From NCBI GenBank assembly GCA_963700285.1, contig CAVOXA010000001.1:32001-96000 (forward strand): DNA of 64,000 bases. Direction: 5' to 3'. Below the pieces are notes generated by a model that saw only the letters and a program-made list of their open reading frames with translations, was not told the DNA's origin and searched no databases. Position numbers and translations under genes: made by a program. The first letter of the stretch is position 1. The number at the start of each line of letters is the position of its first letter. The DNA comes from an uncultured Chloroflexia bacterium (GTDB lineage Bacteria; Chloroflexota; Anaerolineae; JAAYZQ01). Below, in pieces: positions 44,748-55,100 of this stretch.

Positions 44748-44821
44748 CAGGCCAGGCAGGACTTGAACCCGCAACCTACGGTTTTGGAGACCGTTGCTCT
44801 GCCAAATTGAGCTACTGGCCT
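44748..44821 (-). tRNA. tRNA-Trp(CCA)
   Basis: Cloverleaf with anticodon loop CTCCAAA. Confidence 0.95.
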
Positions 44822-44864
44822 GTGCAAGCCCAAGGCGGATCGAGATCCGCCCTGGGACCGAATC

Positions 44865-45029
44865 CTATTTCGTCTCTCGATGCAAGGTATGGGTTCGGCA
44901 GCGCGAACAGTACTTTTTCAACTCCATACGGTTCGGGTCGTTGCGCCGATTCTTGGAAGACGTGTAATTCCGTTCCTTGCACTCGGTACAAGCAAGGGTC
45001 ATGACGATGCGAACTGCTCTTTTAGCCAT
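44865..45029 (-). CDS. rpmG: 50S ribosomal protein L33 (zinc-binding form; below the ORF-track cutoff)
   Basis: Manual translation: [22 protein letters not shown]...[17 protein letters not shown]. Confidence 0.95.
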   Translation of the reverse strand: MAKRAVRIVMTLACTECKERNYTSSKNRRNDPNRMELKKYCSRCRTHTLHRETK

Positions 45030-45039
45030 AGTCTAATCG

Positions 45040-46239
45040 CTATTTCAGAATCTCGGTGATGACACCCGAGCCAACGGTTCGGCCGCCTTCGCGCATGGCA
45101 AAGCGGGAACCGGCTTCCAGGGCCACCGGCACGATCAGCTTCACACCCAGGCTCACATAGTCCCCGGGCATGACCATCTCTACGCCTTCCGGCATCTCTA
45201 CGGCCCCTGTGACATCCAGGGTGCCGATGTAGAACTGCGGCCGGTAGCCGGCAAAGAAGGGCGTATGCCTGCCGCCCTCGTCCCGCCGCAAGACGTATAC
45301 CTCACCTGTAAACTCTGTGTGCGGCTTGATGCTTCCAGGCTTGGCCAGCACCTGTCCCCGCTCAACGTCCTCACGGTTTATGCCCCGCAGCAGACAGCCG
45401 ACATTGTCCCCGGCCATGCCCTCGTCGAGGATCTTGCGGAACATCTCCACCCCGGTGCAAACGGTCTTGACCGTCTCTTTGATGCCAATGATCTCGACTT
45501 CGTCCATGGTATGGATCATGCCCCGGTCCACGCGGCCGGTGACCACGGTGCCCCGCCCCTTGATGCTGAAGACGTCCTCAATGGGCATCAAGAAGGGCTT
45601 GTCGATCTCGCGCTCGGGCGTGGGGATGTACTCGTCCACGACCCGCATCAGCTCCCAGATGCAAGCATACTCGGGGGCGTTCGGATCTGTGCTGGTGCTC
45701 TCCAGGGCGTCGCGGGCGCTGCCGCGGACGATGGGAATGTCATCGCCGGGGAAGCCATAGCTGGAGAGCAACTCGCGAAGCTCCAACTCGACCAGTTCGA
45801 GCAGTTCGGGGTCGTCCATCATGTCGACTTTGTTCAAAAAGACAACCATGGCCGGCACTTCTACCTGACGCGCCAGCAAGACGTGCTCGCGGGTCTGGGG
45901 CATGGGCCCATCAGGAGCAGCCACGACCAGGATGGCGCCATCCATCTGTGCGGCGCCGGTGATCATGTTCTTGATATAGTCGACGTGTCCAGGGCAATCG
46001 ACGTGGGCATAGTGCCGGTTCTCGGTCTCGTACTCGACGTGGGCGATGGCGATGGTGATGCCGCGGGCTTTTTCCTCAGGTGCGTTGTCAATGGAATCAA
46101 AGGCTCGGAAATCGGCCCAGCCCTTCATCCCCAGGGTCTTGGTGATAGCCGCGGTCAAGGTTGTTTTGCCGTGGTCGATGTGGCCAATCGTGCCCACGTT
46201 CACATGTGGTTTTGTTCGCTCGAACTTTGCCTTTCCCAT
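45040..46239 (-). CDS. tuf: Elongation factor Tu
   Basis: [14 protein letters not shown] and NKVD motifs. Confidence 0.98.
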   Translation of the reverse strand: MGKAKFERTKPHVNVGTIGHIDHGKTTLTAAITKTLGMKGWADFRAFDSIDNAPEEKARGITIAIAHVEYETENRHYAHVDCPGHVDYIKNMITGAAQMDGAILVVAAPDGPMPQTREHVLLARQVEVPAMVVFLNKVDMMDDPELLELVELELRELLSSYGFPGDDIPIVRGSARDALESTSTDPNAPEYACIWELMRVVDEYIPTPEREIDKPFLMPIEDVFSIKGRGTVVTGRVDRGMIHTMDEVEIIGIKETVKTVCTGVEMFRKILDEGMAGDNVGCLLRGINREDVERGQVLAKPGSIKPHTEFTGEVYVLRRDEGGRHTPFFAGYRPQFYIGTLDVTGAVEMPEGVEMVMPGDYVSLGVKLIVPVALEAGSRFAMREGGRTVGSGVITEILK

Positions 46240-46281
46240 ACTAGAACCTCCTGGTGCTGTTCAAAATCGTTGCCTTGTTCA

Positions 46282-46354
46282 AGCCCACGATGGGATTTGA
46301 ACCCATGACCTCGCCCTTACCAAGGGAGTGCTCTGCCGTCTGAGCTACGTGGGC
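46282..46354 (-). tRNA. tRNA-Thr(GGT)
   Basis: Cloverleaf with anticodon loop TTGGTAA. Confidence 0.95.
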
Positions 46355-46366
46355 ATACTTTCCTAG

Positions 46367-46439
46367 AGCCACCCGTCGGATTCGAACCGACGACCCAGCG
46401 CTTACAAGGCGCTTGCTCTGCCATCTGAGCTAGGGTGGC
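46367..46439 (-). tRNA. tRNA-Thr(TGT)
   Basis: Cloverleaf with anticodon loop CTTGTAA. Confidence 0.95.
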
Positions 46440-46527
46440 CTGTGTTCGAACTCTCCCCAGACCGCCACCCTGAATTACTGCGCAAAAAAACCGCGGCGCA
46501 AAGCACGCCAGGGTCATGTGGCGGCTT

Positions 46528-46556
46528 AGTATACTGACATTCAATACAAATGTCAA
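46528..46556 (-). promoter_or_regulatory. Promoter of the tRNA-tuf operon
   Basis: TTGACA-17 bp-TATACT followed by a GC-rich discriminator. Confidence 0.75.
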
Positions 46557-46619
46557 ATCATGCCTGTCGTCTTACGTGACAGATGGTGCCATTAGCCAGG
46601 CAGTATCGCTGGCGACAGG

Positions 46620-46706
46620 CGGAGGGGGTGGGATTCGAACCCACGGAGCATTGCTGCTCACACGTTTTCGAGACGCGCGCATTCGACCGGACTATGCTAC
46701 CCCTCC
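46620..46706 (-). tRNA. tRNA-Ser(CGA)
   Basis: Cloverleaf with long variable arm and anticodon loop CTCGAAA. Confidence 0.95.
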
Positions 46707-46779
46707 TCGCAAAGAACCATTATAGCACAGAAGCTTAGGGCCAGCAAAACCCCCAGCCCTGTTGTCCAGCCCGTCGGTA

Positions 46780-46983
46780 GGTGTGTTTCAGATTTCTGGA
46801 TGGCAAAGCCCGGCGTATGTCATCCTTCGGCTCCGCTCAGGACATGCTCAGGGCATGCTTCACTTGGTTCAGGATGACGGTCCACGGGGAAAGTTTTTGC
46901 ACATCGAGAGGCTTTCTGGGTCGTGAGCCGCCTAGAACGAAGGCATCTCTGCCCAAGTCACCCAGAATGTTGAACTACTCCCC
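46780..46983 (-). mobile_element. MITE-like element, copy 2
   Basis: Reverse complement aligns along its length with 21208-21385; one end reads GGTGTGTTTC. Confidence 0.7.
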
Positions 46984-47134
46984 CCGCCGGTCTGGTTTTT
47001 CCCGGTGCTTGCTGCCCGACAGCTTTTGGAGTATAATGCTGGTTCTACCCAATCGAGGCGGTCTGGCCCGTTCACCAGCCTAGGGCGAGGACCGTTCGAT
47101 TCTGACGGAACAAAAACAAAGGAGCAGGTCTAGA

Positions 47135-48118
47135 ATGGCGAAAAAGGGACGGGTTTTCAGCGGGGCACGACCGACCGGCCGCCAGCACCTGGGCAACTAT
47201 TTGGGCGCGATCCGCAACTATGTGGCGCTCCAGGATGAGTACGAGTGCGTCTATTGCGTGGTCGATCTCCACGCCTTGACGACCCTGGAGGACACGGACA
47301 AGCTGACAGAGTGGACGCGCGAGATGACCCTCGACTGGCTGGCCGCGGGGATGCGTCCCGAGGAAACGATCATCTTTGTGCAGTCCCACGTGCCGCAGGT
47401 CACCGAGCTGCACACGATCTTGTCGATGGTCACGCCGCTGGGCTGGCTGACGCGTCTGCCGACCTTCAAGGAGAAGGTCCGCCAGAATCCCGACAACGTC
47501 AACTATGGCCTGGTAGGCTATCCGGTGCTCATGGCTGCCGACATTGCCCTCTACAAAGCGGACACGGTGCCGGTGGGCGTGGACCAGGCGCCCCACCTGG
47601 AGTTCACCCGCGAGATTGTCCGCCGCTTCAACCACCACTTTGGCGAGGTGCTGGTCGAGCCGCAGGCCAAGCACACCGAGTTCACCAAGGTGCTGGGCCT
47701 CGACGGCAAGGCCAAGATGAGCAAGTCGCTGGACAACCACATCGAGATCGCCGCCACGCCCGGACGAGATCTGGCAGCGGGTGCGGATGATGGTCACCGA
47801 CCCAGCGCGCCGCTACCGGAACGACCCCGGCCATCCGGAGGTCTGCAACGTATTCAGCCTCCACAGCTTCTTCTCGCGCCGACGAGGTCGGCCAGATCGA
47901 GGCGGATTGCCGCTCGGCAGCGATCGGCTGTGTGGACTGCAAGAAGATGTTCGCCCAGAACCTGAGCGACTATTTTGCCCCCTTCCGTGAGCGACGCGCC
48001 CAGTTGGCAGCGGATCCCGATTACGTGTGGGACGTGCTGGCCGACGGCGCCCGCCGGGCCGGCGTCATTGCCGACGAGGTAATCGGCAGAGGTCAAGGAG
48101 GCGGTGGGACTGCCATAG
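47135..48118 (+). CDS. trpS: Tryptophan--tRNA ligase, frameshifted
   Basis: [19 protein letters not shown] and KMSKS motifs. Confidence 0.93.
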
Positions 48119-48153
48119 CGGCCAACGCAGATCAGGGCGGAACGCATGCGAGC

Positions 48154-49962
48154 ATGGACAGCGACATCCGTAACTTTTGTATCATCGCCCATATCGATCA
48201 TGGCAAGAGCACCCTGGCCGACCGTTTGCTGGAGCGTACCGGTACGGTCAGCGAGCGGGAGATGATGGACCAGGTGCTGGATACCATGGATCTGGAGCGC
48301 GAAAAGGGCGTGACCATCAAGGCCTCGGCCGTGCGCATGGCCTACACGGCAGCCGATGGCCAGGAGTACGAGCTGAACCTGATCGACACTCCCGGGCACG
48401 TCGACTTTACCTACGAGGTGAGCCGCGCCCTGGTCGCCTGCGAGGGCGCGCTGCTGGTCGTCGATGCCAGCCAGGGGGTGCAGGCCCAGACCCTGGCCAA
48501 TCTGTACCTGGCCCTCGATGCCGGTCTGACCATCGTGCCCGTCATCAACAAGATCGACCTCGTCTCGGCCCAGCCAGAGGAGGTGGCTCAGGAGGTGGAG
48601 GACCTGCTGGCCATCCCCGCCGACGGACGCGATCTATACCTCGGCCAAAGAGGGCACCGGCGCCGAAGCCGTGCTGCAGGCTGTGGTGGACGCATTCCCG
48701 CCACCCGCGGGGCACGCCGGACCAGCCGCTGCGGGCCCTGATCTTTGATTCCCACTATGATTCCTACAAGGGTGTGATCGCCTACGTCCGCGTCGTGGAC
48801 GGCGCAGCTGCGTCGCGACGACGCTCTGCTGCTGATGTCAAACCTGCAGCCGGTGCTGACCCATCGAGGTCGGCGTCTTTCGCCCGGGCATGGAACCATG
48901 CGAGAGCCTGAATGCTGGCGAGGTGGGCTACGTGGCCACCGGCCTCAAGACGCTGCAGGATTGCCGCGTGGGCGACACCTTCACCCTCAGAGTCGAGCCC
49001 GGCCGCCGAGCCGCTGGCCGGCTACCGTCCGGCCAAGCCGATGGTCTTTGCCGGGCTCTATCCGGCCGAAGGCGAAGACTATACCCTGCTGCGCGACGCC
49101 CTGGCCAAGCTGCAGCTCAACGATGCCTCGCTCATCTACGAGCCCGAAACTTCTCAGGCTCTGGGCTTTGGCTTTCGCTGCGGTTTCCTGGGTCTCTTTC
49201 ACATGGACATCATCCAGGAACGGCTGGAGCGGGAGTATGATCTGGACATTGTCTTTACCTCGCCCAGCGTCGAGTATCAGGTGCTCAAGACCAATGGCGA
49301 ACGTGCTGGAAATAGACAACCCGGCCAAGCTGCCCCCTGAGAACGAGATCGAGCAGATCGAAGAACCCTGGATGCAGATCCAGATCTTTACCCCGGCCGA
49401 GTATCATCGGCCCGGTGATGGACCTGGTGATCAAGCGGCGGGGCGAGATGAAAAAGATGGAGTACCTCGATGCCAAGCGGGTGCTGCTGACCTACGAGAT
49501 CCCCCTGACCGAGATCCTGGTGGACTTTTACGACCAGCTCAAGAGCCGGACCAAGGGCTATGCCTCGCTGGACTATGCGCCCGCCGGCTACCGTCCCGGC
49601 GACATGGTCAAGCTGGAGGTGCTGGTGGGCGGTACGCCGGTGGATGCCCTGTCGATCATCGTCCATCGCGACCAGGCCTTTCACAAGGGGCAGCGTCTGG
49701 TGAGCAAGATGAAAGCAGGTCATCCCCCGCCAGATGTTCGACGTGGCCATCCAGGCGGCGGTTGGCAAGCCGGGTGATCAGCCGGGCCAATGTCAAGGCG
49801 CTGCGCAAGGACGTGCTGTCCAAGTGCTACGGCGGCGACGTGACGCGAAAGCGCAAACTGTTGGAAAAGCAGAAAAAGGGCAAAAAGCGCATGAAAAAGA
49901 TCGGCCACGTCGAGATCCCCCAGGAAGCCTTTATGACCGTGCTGCGGCTGGAAGAGGAATAG
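48154..49962 (+). CDS. lepA: Elongation factor 4 (LepA), multiple frameshifts
   Basis: [31 protein letters not shown] and [14 protein letters not shown] motifs. Confidence 0.93.
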
Positions 49963-50044
49963 GCATCGGTCTACTGATACCCCCAAAAACAAAGGTCTTC
50001 CAATGGACTTGGAAGACCTCGAGTACCCCGGCGGAACAAACGAA

Positions 50045-51415
50045 CTAGGCTTGAGTTTCGGCTTCACCGGCGGCTGGTGAAGCGTGATGCTGGGCGTAGA
50101 GGGGGCAGCCACCACCGCAAAGGACCTGGTCGGGGCAGTCGTGGCACTTTTCCATCATGAAATCCCGGTTCCGTAGATAGCGGGCCAGTTCGTGGTCCCA
50201 GATGCTGTCCCAAGGGTCGTTGAGAAGGTTGCCCAGCGCCGAAAAATAGCTCTGGCAGGGGATTACGTCGCCGTTGGGTTCTACGCACATGTTGTACCTG
50301 GCTGCGGTGCAACCCTTGATGCCCAGCTCCATGCCGATGGGATCAAACTCGCAGTACTGGGTCGGCGTGTACCAGATGAGGCGCATGTGGTGTTCCTGCG
50401 CTGCCTCTTTGACCCGCTCCAGAATGGGCTCCAGCTCGTCCTCGCGCAGGCCGCTGCCTACGGCCACCGCCGAGCCCGAATAGATGAGGCTGTTGCAGCC
50501 AAAGGTAGGCACGCCCAGGGACGCGGCAAAGGCGATCGTTTCCACGATGCCGTCGACGTTCTCCGTGGTCATGGTCGTGTTGGTCATCATATAGACGTCG
50601 GCGTCTACCACCGTTTTGATGCCCGCTACCGTTTCTTCCCAGGCGCCCTCTACACCGACCATCCGGTCGTGGATGGCCGGGTCGTGGCTCTCCAGGGTGA
50701 TCTGGATGTGGTCGAGCCCCGCCACGAGGAGCTGGTCCAGGTAGTCCCGATCCCCCAACGCTCGCCCGTGGGTCTGCAAGCCCGTGATTAAGCCCACGTC
50801 CTGGGCGTACTGGGCGATCTCTACCAGGTCCGGCCGCAGGGTTGCTTCGCCGCCGGTGAAGGTGAGGTGAGGGATGCCCAGTTCCCAGCAGCGATCGATG
50901 ACGCGTTTCCACTGCTTGGTGGACATCTCGGGAAAATCAGCGGGCCGGCCCACGTAGCAGTGTGGGCAATCGTTCTGGCAGCGATAGGTCAGCGCCAGGT
51001 CCATGCGGTAAGGGGCCGAGATCTCGGCACTCATCGGTTCGATGCGATGCACATCCAGGTACGTGACCGGACAGACCTCCTCGTCCGCCTGGGCCAGGGC
51101 CCAGATGGTCTCCTCCAGTTCCTCATAGTCGGCGCGGGCCACCTGCTCGCTCACCTTGTAGCGCTTGGCCAGCTCGCGCGCCGCCTCCTGGGCCGATTTC
51201 CCCCGCAGGATCATGCTGGCGTGCTCCGTCGCCGTCTGATTGAGATGCAGCATCCTCGCCGCGTTGATGAGCAGCACGCCATGCCCGTCCTTCTCCACGC
51301 GCAGGTGCATGCGGTACTGCCGGGGTGAATCGGGCGGGGTGTGGTATTCGTAGAAGCCTGTGGTCAGTGGGTGAGGCGGCTCGAAATACTGCTTAACACG
51401 TTCCAGAATTGTCAT
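50045..51415 (-). CDS. Radical SAM/SPASM protein with an N-terminal PqqD/RRE-like domain
   Basis: CQNDCPHC and FTGGE; SPASM motif C..GDVIPC..CHDC.....CGGGCP; N-terminal 'LHLNQTA...LAKRYKV...ADY'. The true start is MTILERV at 51415. Confidence 0.88.
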   Translation of the reverse strand: MTILERVKQYFEPPHPLTTGFYEYHTPPDSPRQYRMHLRVEKDGHGVLLINAARMLHLNQTATEHASMILRGKSAQEAARELAKRYKVSEQVARADYEELEETIWALAQADEEVCPVTYLDVHRIEPMSAEISAPYRMDLALTYRCQNDCPHCYVGRPADFPEMSTKQWKRVIDRCWELGIPHLTFTGGEATLRPDLVEIAQYAQDVGLITGLQTHGRALGDRDYLDQLLVAGLDHIQITLESHDPAIHDRMVGVEGAWEETVAGIKTVVDADVYMMTNTTMTTENVDGIVETIAFAASLGVPTFGCNSLIYSGSAVAVGSGLREDELEPILERVKEAAQEHHMRLIWYTPTQYCEFDPIGMELGIKGCTAARYNMCVEPNGDVIPCQSYFSALGNLLNDPWDSIWDHELARYLRNRDFMMEKCHDCPDQVLCGGGCPLYAQHHASPAAGEAETQA

Positions 51416-51417
51416 GA

Positions 51418-53079
51418 TTATCTGCCTCCTCCGGCGCAGGCGCAGGCGCAACCGGCGCAGGCACAGGCGCAGGCGCAACTGTATCCCCCGCTGCGGCCAG
51501 ACCCGCTGGAGCTGGCCCTTTTGGGTGGTGGGTTGGTCTTGTTGGTCACCCCCCTGGTAAAACCTTCGATGCTGCTGACGACGGAGCTGGACGCGTTCTC
51601 GATGCCGCCGACTACGGTGTTGGCAAAGTCCGCTCCGGGCAGCGTGGGCAGCGTCACCGGGGTACCGCCGCCCGAGGGTGACGGTATTGGCGTCGATGAG
51701 GTTCTGGGAGCGCTGTGCGCCACCCAGGGCCGGTAGCCCCACCACCAGTTGGGGAGCATCACCGGGCGGTCGTGAAAGACGCGGCGCGTGCGGCCTTCCC
51801 AATTGTCGTCGAGCATCGTCCACTCCAGGCCCTCGCCCCAGCGGTCGCCCAGAACCTCCGGGGTATCGGCGGCCTCGACCTGCTTCCAGGCCCGCGCGGC
51901 AATGTCCTGGTAGTATTCGGTGGTCTCTTTGCGGCTAAAGCCGGCCAGTTTCTTGTTCACGTCGCCGATGAGGTCGATGACCATCTCCCGCAACTTGCTT
52001 TCATTTAGCATGCCATCGTCCCCTACCGCCTCTATAAAGCGGCGTTCATAGTACCACAGCTTGCTATCCTCCGGCAGTGGGTCCACGACCTCAACCTTGA
52101 GCGGTTTCTCGGACTCGACGGTGACAATGCCTTTCTTGACCAGGCCAAACAGGATCATGGTCATGATCTTGTTCAGGGGCGCTTCCAGCAGAACTGCCGC
52201 TTCGACGGCGGTCAGACCGCGCTTGATGCCGCTTCCCTCCACCGCAACCGCGGGTGGCAGATACTCCATCCTGCGCCGTTTCTTGGACCGTCCGTTGAAG
52301 AAACCGATTAGCAGCCAGGCGATGGGCAGCATGACAATAAAGATGCCGGGGCTGCTGCACAGGCCACCCAGGTTCAGGTTGAAGGCCGGTGGTGTCTGTA
52401 CCACGCCCTCGGCCAGGTACTGTCGGGGGAAGGAGGCGCCATAGACGTACTTTTTGTCGCCCCTGGCTTGCTCGTTGACCCAGGTATAGACGACCCTGTC
52501 ATCCTGGAAAGCAGCGCTGGTGAACTCGGTTCCGTGATAGCGGGGCTCCTCGGCGGTGACCCCCGGGGGCAGGTGGAGGTTGACCTCCAGACGGGTGGGG
52601 CCGTGTACAAACTGGCTGTCGAACCAGGTGGGTGCGAACTCGAAGCTGGCATAGGCGTCATCGTCGCTGTCTGGATAGACGAGATCCCGTACCGCGGCCT
52701 CCAGGTGCAGGGTGCCCGTCTGCCCCGGCTGGATGGTTTGGGGGCCCAGCTCCACAGCCACGCCCGGACTGACGTAGGGCGAGTTGCTGATGTCGGTCAG
52801 GGGCACGCCGTTGATGGAGGCCCGAATGTTAGAGATGCGGTAGCTGTCGTTGGGCAGGCCCACGTCGACGACGTCGATGGGGTGGGAGCCGGGGTCTGGA
52901 GCAAAGGTCAGGTCGTAGGCGAGGTATATGGTGCCGTCCTCCTCAATGTACACGTCAACCACGTTTTCTTGCAGGTTAAAGCGATAGTCCTGGGCCAGGC
53001 TCACCGGCGCCAGCAGCATGAAGGCCACGACGGCGAGCACGACCAGTGCCTGTATCCGCTTTGTTTTCTTGTTGAACAT
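51418..53079 (-). CDS. Membrane protein (DUF2207-like architecture) with a C-terminal CACACACAGCACACAGGGR tail
   Basis: Signal peptide, beta-rich ectodomain, TM helix, cytoplasmic domain and a 7-Cys tail. RBS GAGG precedes MFNKK. Confidence 0.8.
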   Translation of the reverse strand: MFNKKTKRIQALVVLAVVAFMLLAPVSLAQDYRFNLQENVVDVYIEEDGTIYLAYDLTFAPDPGSHPIDVVDVGLPNDSYRISNIRASINGVPLTDISNSPYVSPGVAVELGPQTIQPGQTGTLHLEAAVRDLVYPDSDDDAYASFEFAPTWFDSQFVHGPTRLEVNLHLPPGVTAEEPRYHGTEFTSAAFQDDRVVYTWVNEQARGDKKYVYGASFPRQYLAEGVVQTPPAFNLNLGGLCSSPGIFIVMLPIAWLLIGFFNGRSKKRRRMEYLPPAVAVEGSGIKRGLTAVEAAVLLEAPLNKIMTMILFGLVKKGIVTVESEKPLKVEVVDPLPEDSKLWYYERRFIEAVGDDGMLNESKLREMVIDLIGDVNKKLAGFSRKETTEYYQDIAARAWKQVEAADTPEVLGDRWGEGLEWTMLDDNWEGRTRRVFHDRPVMLPNWWWGYRPWVAHSAPRTSSTPIPSPSGGGTPVTLPTLPGADFANTVVGGIENASSSVVSSIEGFTRGVTNKTNPPPKRASSSGSGRSGGYSCACACACAGCACACAGGGR

Positions 53080-53245
53080 CTCTGTTCCCTCCTCGAGGAC
53101 CTCCGTCAGTCCGGTCTTGCGTCCGGCCGTAGCCTGCTGCCTTGTCTTCCCCTGCTCGGGTCTGGTCCGCGCCCCGACGTTTTCTGCCCCATGCAACCGG
53201 TCACGGACCGGTTGTGAGCAGGCGGGAAGTATGGACCTGCCGCCC

Positions 53246-53611
53246 TCACCATTTGGGTTCTTCGACAATCTGGTAGGCGGCGTCGCAGTAGGGGCAGTTG
53301 ACCATGACCGCTCCCTGGACCACGCTGATGGCCTGTTTGTCGAGCTGGGCGCCGCAGCTTTCGCACTTCATGGCTTCCAGCTCCACGTCACCGGTCAGAT
53401 CGATCTCCTGGCGGATGGTAACCTTTTGCTCGGGTTTGGGTTCGCGCAGCCGGATGGCGACGATGATGCCCAGGCCAATGGCCACCAGCAGCCCGCCCAC
53501 CAGCAGCCGGCCGCCGGGACTGGCCGTGCCCGAGCCAAAAGCAGCCCACAGAAACAGCACGCCAAAAAAGATAAGGATCCCCGCCACGATGTAGCCAATG
53601 ATCTTGCCCAT
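53246..53611 (-). CDS. Small two-TM membrane protein with a C-terminal zinc ribbon
   Basis: Two hydrophobic helices, CESC...CPYC and an EEPKW end. Confidence 0.8.
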   Translation of the reverse strand: MGKIIGYIVAGILIFFGVLFLWAAFGSGTASPGGRLLVGGLLVAIGLGIIVAIRLREPKPEQKVTIRQEIDLTGDVELEAMKCESCGAQLDKQAISVVQGAVMVNCPYCDAAYQIVEEPKW

Positions 53612-53643
53612 GCTCGTCTTCCCTCCCTACCACTTGCTATACG

Positions 53644-54912
53644 CTATCTCCAGGAAAAGGTTCGGGTCTCGCTGGACGGGCTGTGATCCTCGCCCAGCCA
53701 CGTCCCGTCATCGGCCACGCCGGTCTGTCGCATGATGGACACCTGCCAGCGGAAATGCTGCGGTTCCGTCCCCGCTCTGTACACCTCGGCCGGCACCCGC
53801 CACGAAGTAGCCTGGGTCCAGACGAGAGGTGGTTGCTCCGCCCTGGGATCCATGCTTCGCAAGCGGACGACGTAGAATTCGTCGGCGTCGAGGATGCCGA
53901 CCGAAGCCCAGTTGAGCATGACGACGGTCTCGGCGCCCTCAAAGGCTGCGCCGTCGGGGGGAGCCAGCAGGTAGGGGGCCGGTCGGGGTGGGCCGGGTGT
54001 TGGCGTCAGGGTTGGCGCCGGGGTGAGTGTGGGCGTTGGCGTGGCGGTGCCCACCGGGATCTTTAGTTCCTGGCCCACGCGCAGGTTGTTGCTATCCAGG
54101 CCGCTGGCCTCCTTGATCTCGTCCACCTTCACATTGTACTTGGCCGACAGGCTGAACAGGGTGTCGCCCGGCTGCACCTCGTGGATCTCGTAGGCCATGG
54201 TCGTGGTAAAGTCTGGCGGCTGGGCGATGATGATCTTGGTGCCGACGCGCAGGCTCGTGGCGTCGCTGATGTTGTTGATGGTCATGAGCGTCTCTACCGT
54301 GGTACCATACTTTTTGGCGATGGCGCTCAGCGTGTCACCGGTTTTTACCGCGTACTCAAAGGGCGTGGGCGAAGGCGTGGGGGTCACCGTTGGCGTAGAC
54401 GTGTTGGCCACCGGCAGGGGGATGATCAGCTCGTCGCCGATGCTGATGATCGACTGCGAATTGAGGCCATTGGCCGCCAGCACCTTGGCGATGGTCGTGC
54501 CATACTGTTTGGCGATGCTGGACACGGTCTCGCCCGACTCCACGGTGTGCCGGGTCTGGTTGGGCGGCAGGGTGATGGTCGGCGGCGGCGTGGGCGAATG
54601 CAGTGGCGTAGCGGAAGGCGCCACGACATAGGTCGCCGCGGGTGGCAGCGTGGCCTTTGTAGTGGCCGTTGCCGTGGGTACTGTCGTACTGGCCACCATG
54701 GCCAGTGGTTCATCGCGATCCCAGGGCTTCCACAGCCACAGGGCGGCGATGGCCGCGGCCAGCAGCAGGGGCAGCAGCAGGTCCCCTTGCGGCAGCCGCA
54801 AGTGCCTCTTTTTTTCTTCCTTCAATTGGGCCCCACACATCAGGCAGGTCTCGGCCCGCTGTGCCACAGGCGTCCCGCACTCGGGGCACTGCCTTTGGGG
54901 ACTCGGTTCCAT
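53644..54912 (-). CDS. LysM-repeat membrane protein with an N-terminal zinc ribbon
   Basis: CPEC..CLMC, TM helix, three LysM repeats (HTVESGET, YAVKTGDT, HEVQPGDT) and TP linkers. Confidence 0.88.
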   Translation of the reverse strand: MEPSPQRQCPECGTPVAQRAETCLMCGAQLKEEKKRHLRLPQGDLLLPLLLAAAIAALWLWKPWDRDEPLAMVASTTVPTATATTKATLPPAATYVVAPSATPLHSPTPPPTITLPPNQTRHTVESGETVSSIAKQYGTTIAKVLAANGLNSQSIISIGDELIIPLPVANTSTPTVTPTPSPTPFEYAVKTGDTLSAIAKKYGTTVETLMTINNISDATSLRVGTKIIIAQPPDFTTTMAYEIHEVQPGDTLFSLSAKYNVKVDEIKEASGLDSNNLRVGQELKIPVGTATPTPTLTPAPTLTPTPGPPRPAPYLLAPPDGAAFEGAETVVMLNWASVGILDADEFYVVRLRSMDPRAEQPPLVWTQATSWRVPAEVYRAGTEPQHFRWQVSIMRQTGVADDGTWLGEDHSPSSETRTFSWR

Positions 54913-55100
54913 CGTCAATTCAACTCCAGTTTCAGGTGGATTCTCTGCACGATCAACTGGCAGCAATGCCTGGCTCCAAGCTGGTCCATGACCAGCGTTT
55001 CCTTGTCGAAAAACGCCGAATCACGGATTCGGCTCGAGCCGAGAGAGCAATCATCCTTCACAACGCACCCTTCAGGATGCTTCTAGCCAACCAAGGGCCC

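Noticed and set aside
46620-46706. tRNA-Ser as the att site for the integrase at 60314
   Set aside because: No duplicated tRNA 3' end was found near the phage-like cassette, and core genes lie between them.
47135-49962. Many frameshifts in trpS and lepA (also pepF, gap, typA, hdr-like genes, fdh) read as pseudogenes or programmed frameshifting
   Set aside because: They hit conserved or essential genes at scattered positions while the protein motifs stay intact. Indel errors in the assembly are the simplest explanation; read polishing would confirm.
51430-51478. GCGCAG hexamer repeats as a VNTR or CRISPR
   Set aside because: They encode Cys-Ala repeats with synonymous variation, and there are no spacers.
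51416-51823. N-terminal extension of the 592-aa rSAM ORF with an LRLRLCLRRL repeat
   Set aside because: This is an alternate-frame read of the upstream gene's CACA tail. The real start is the ATG at 51415.
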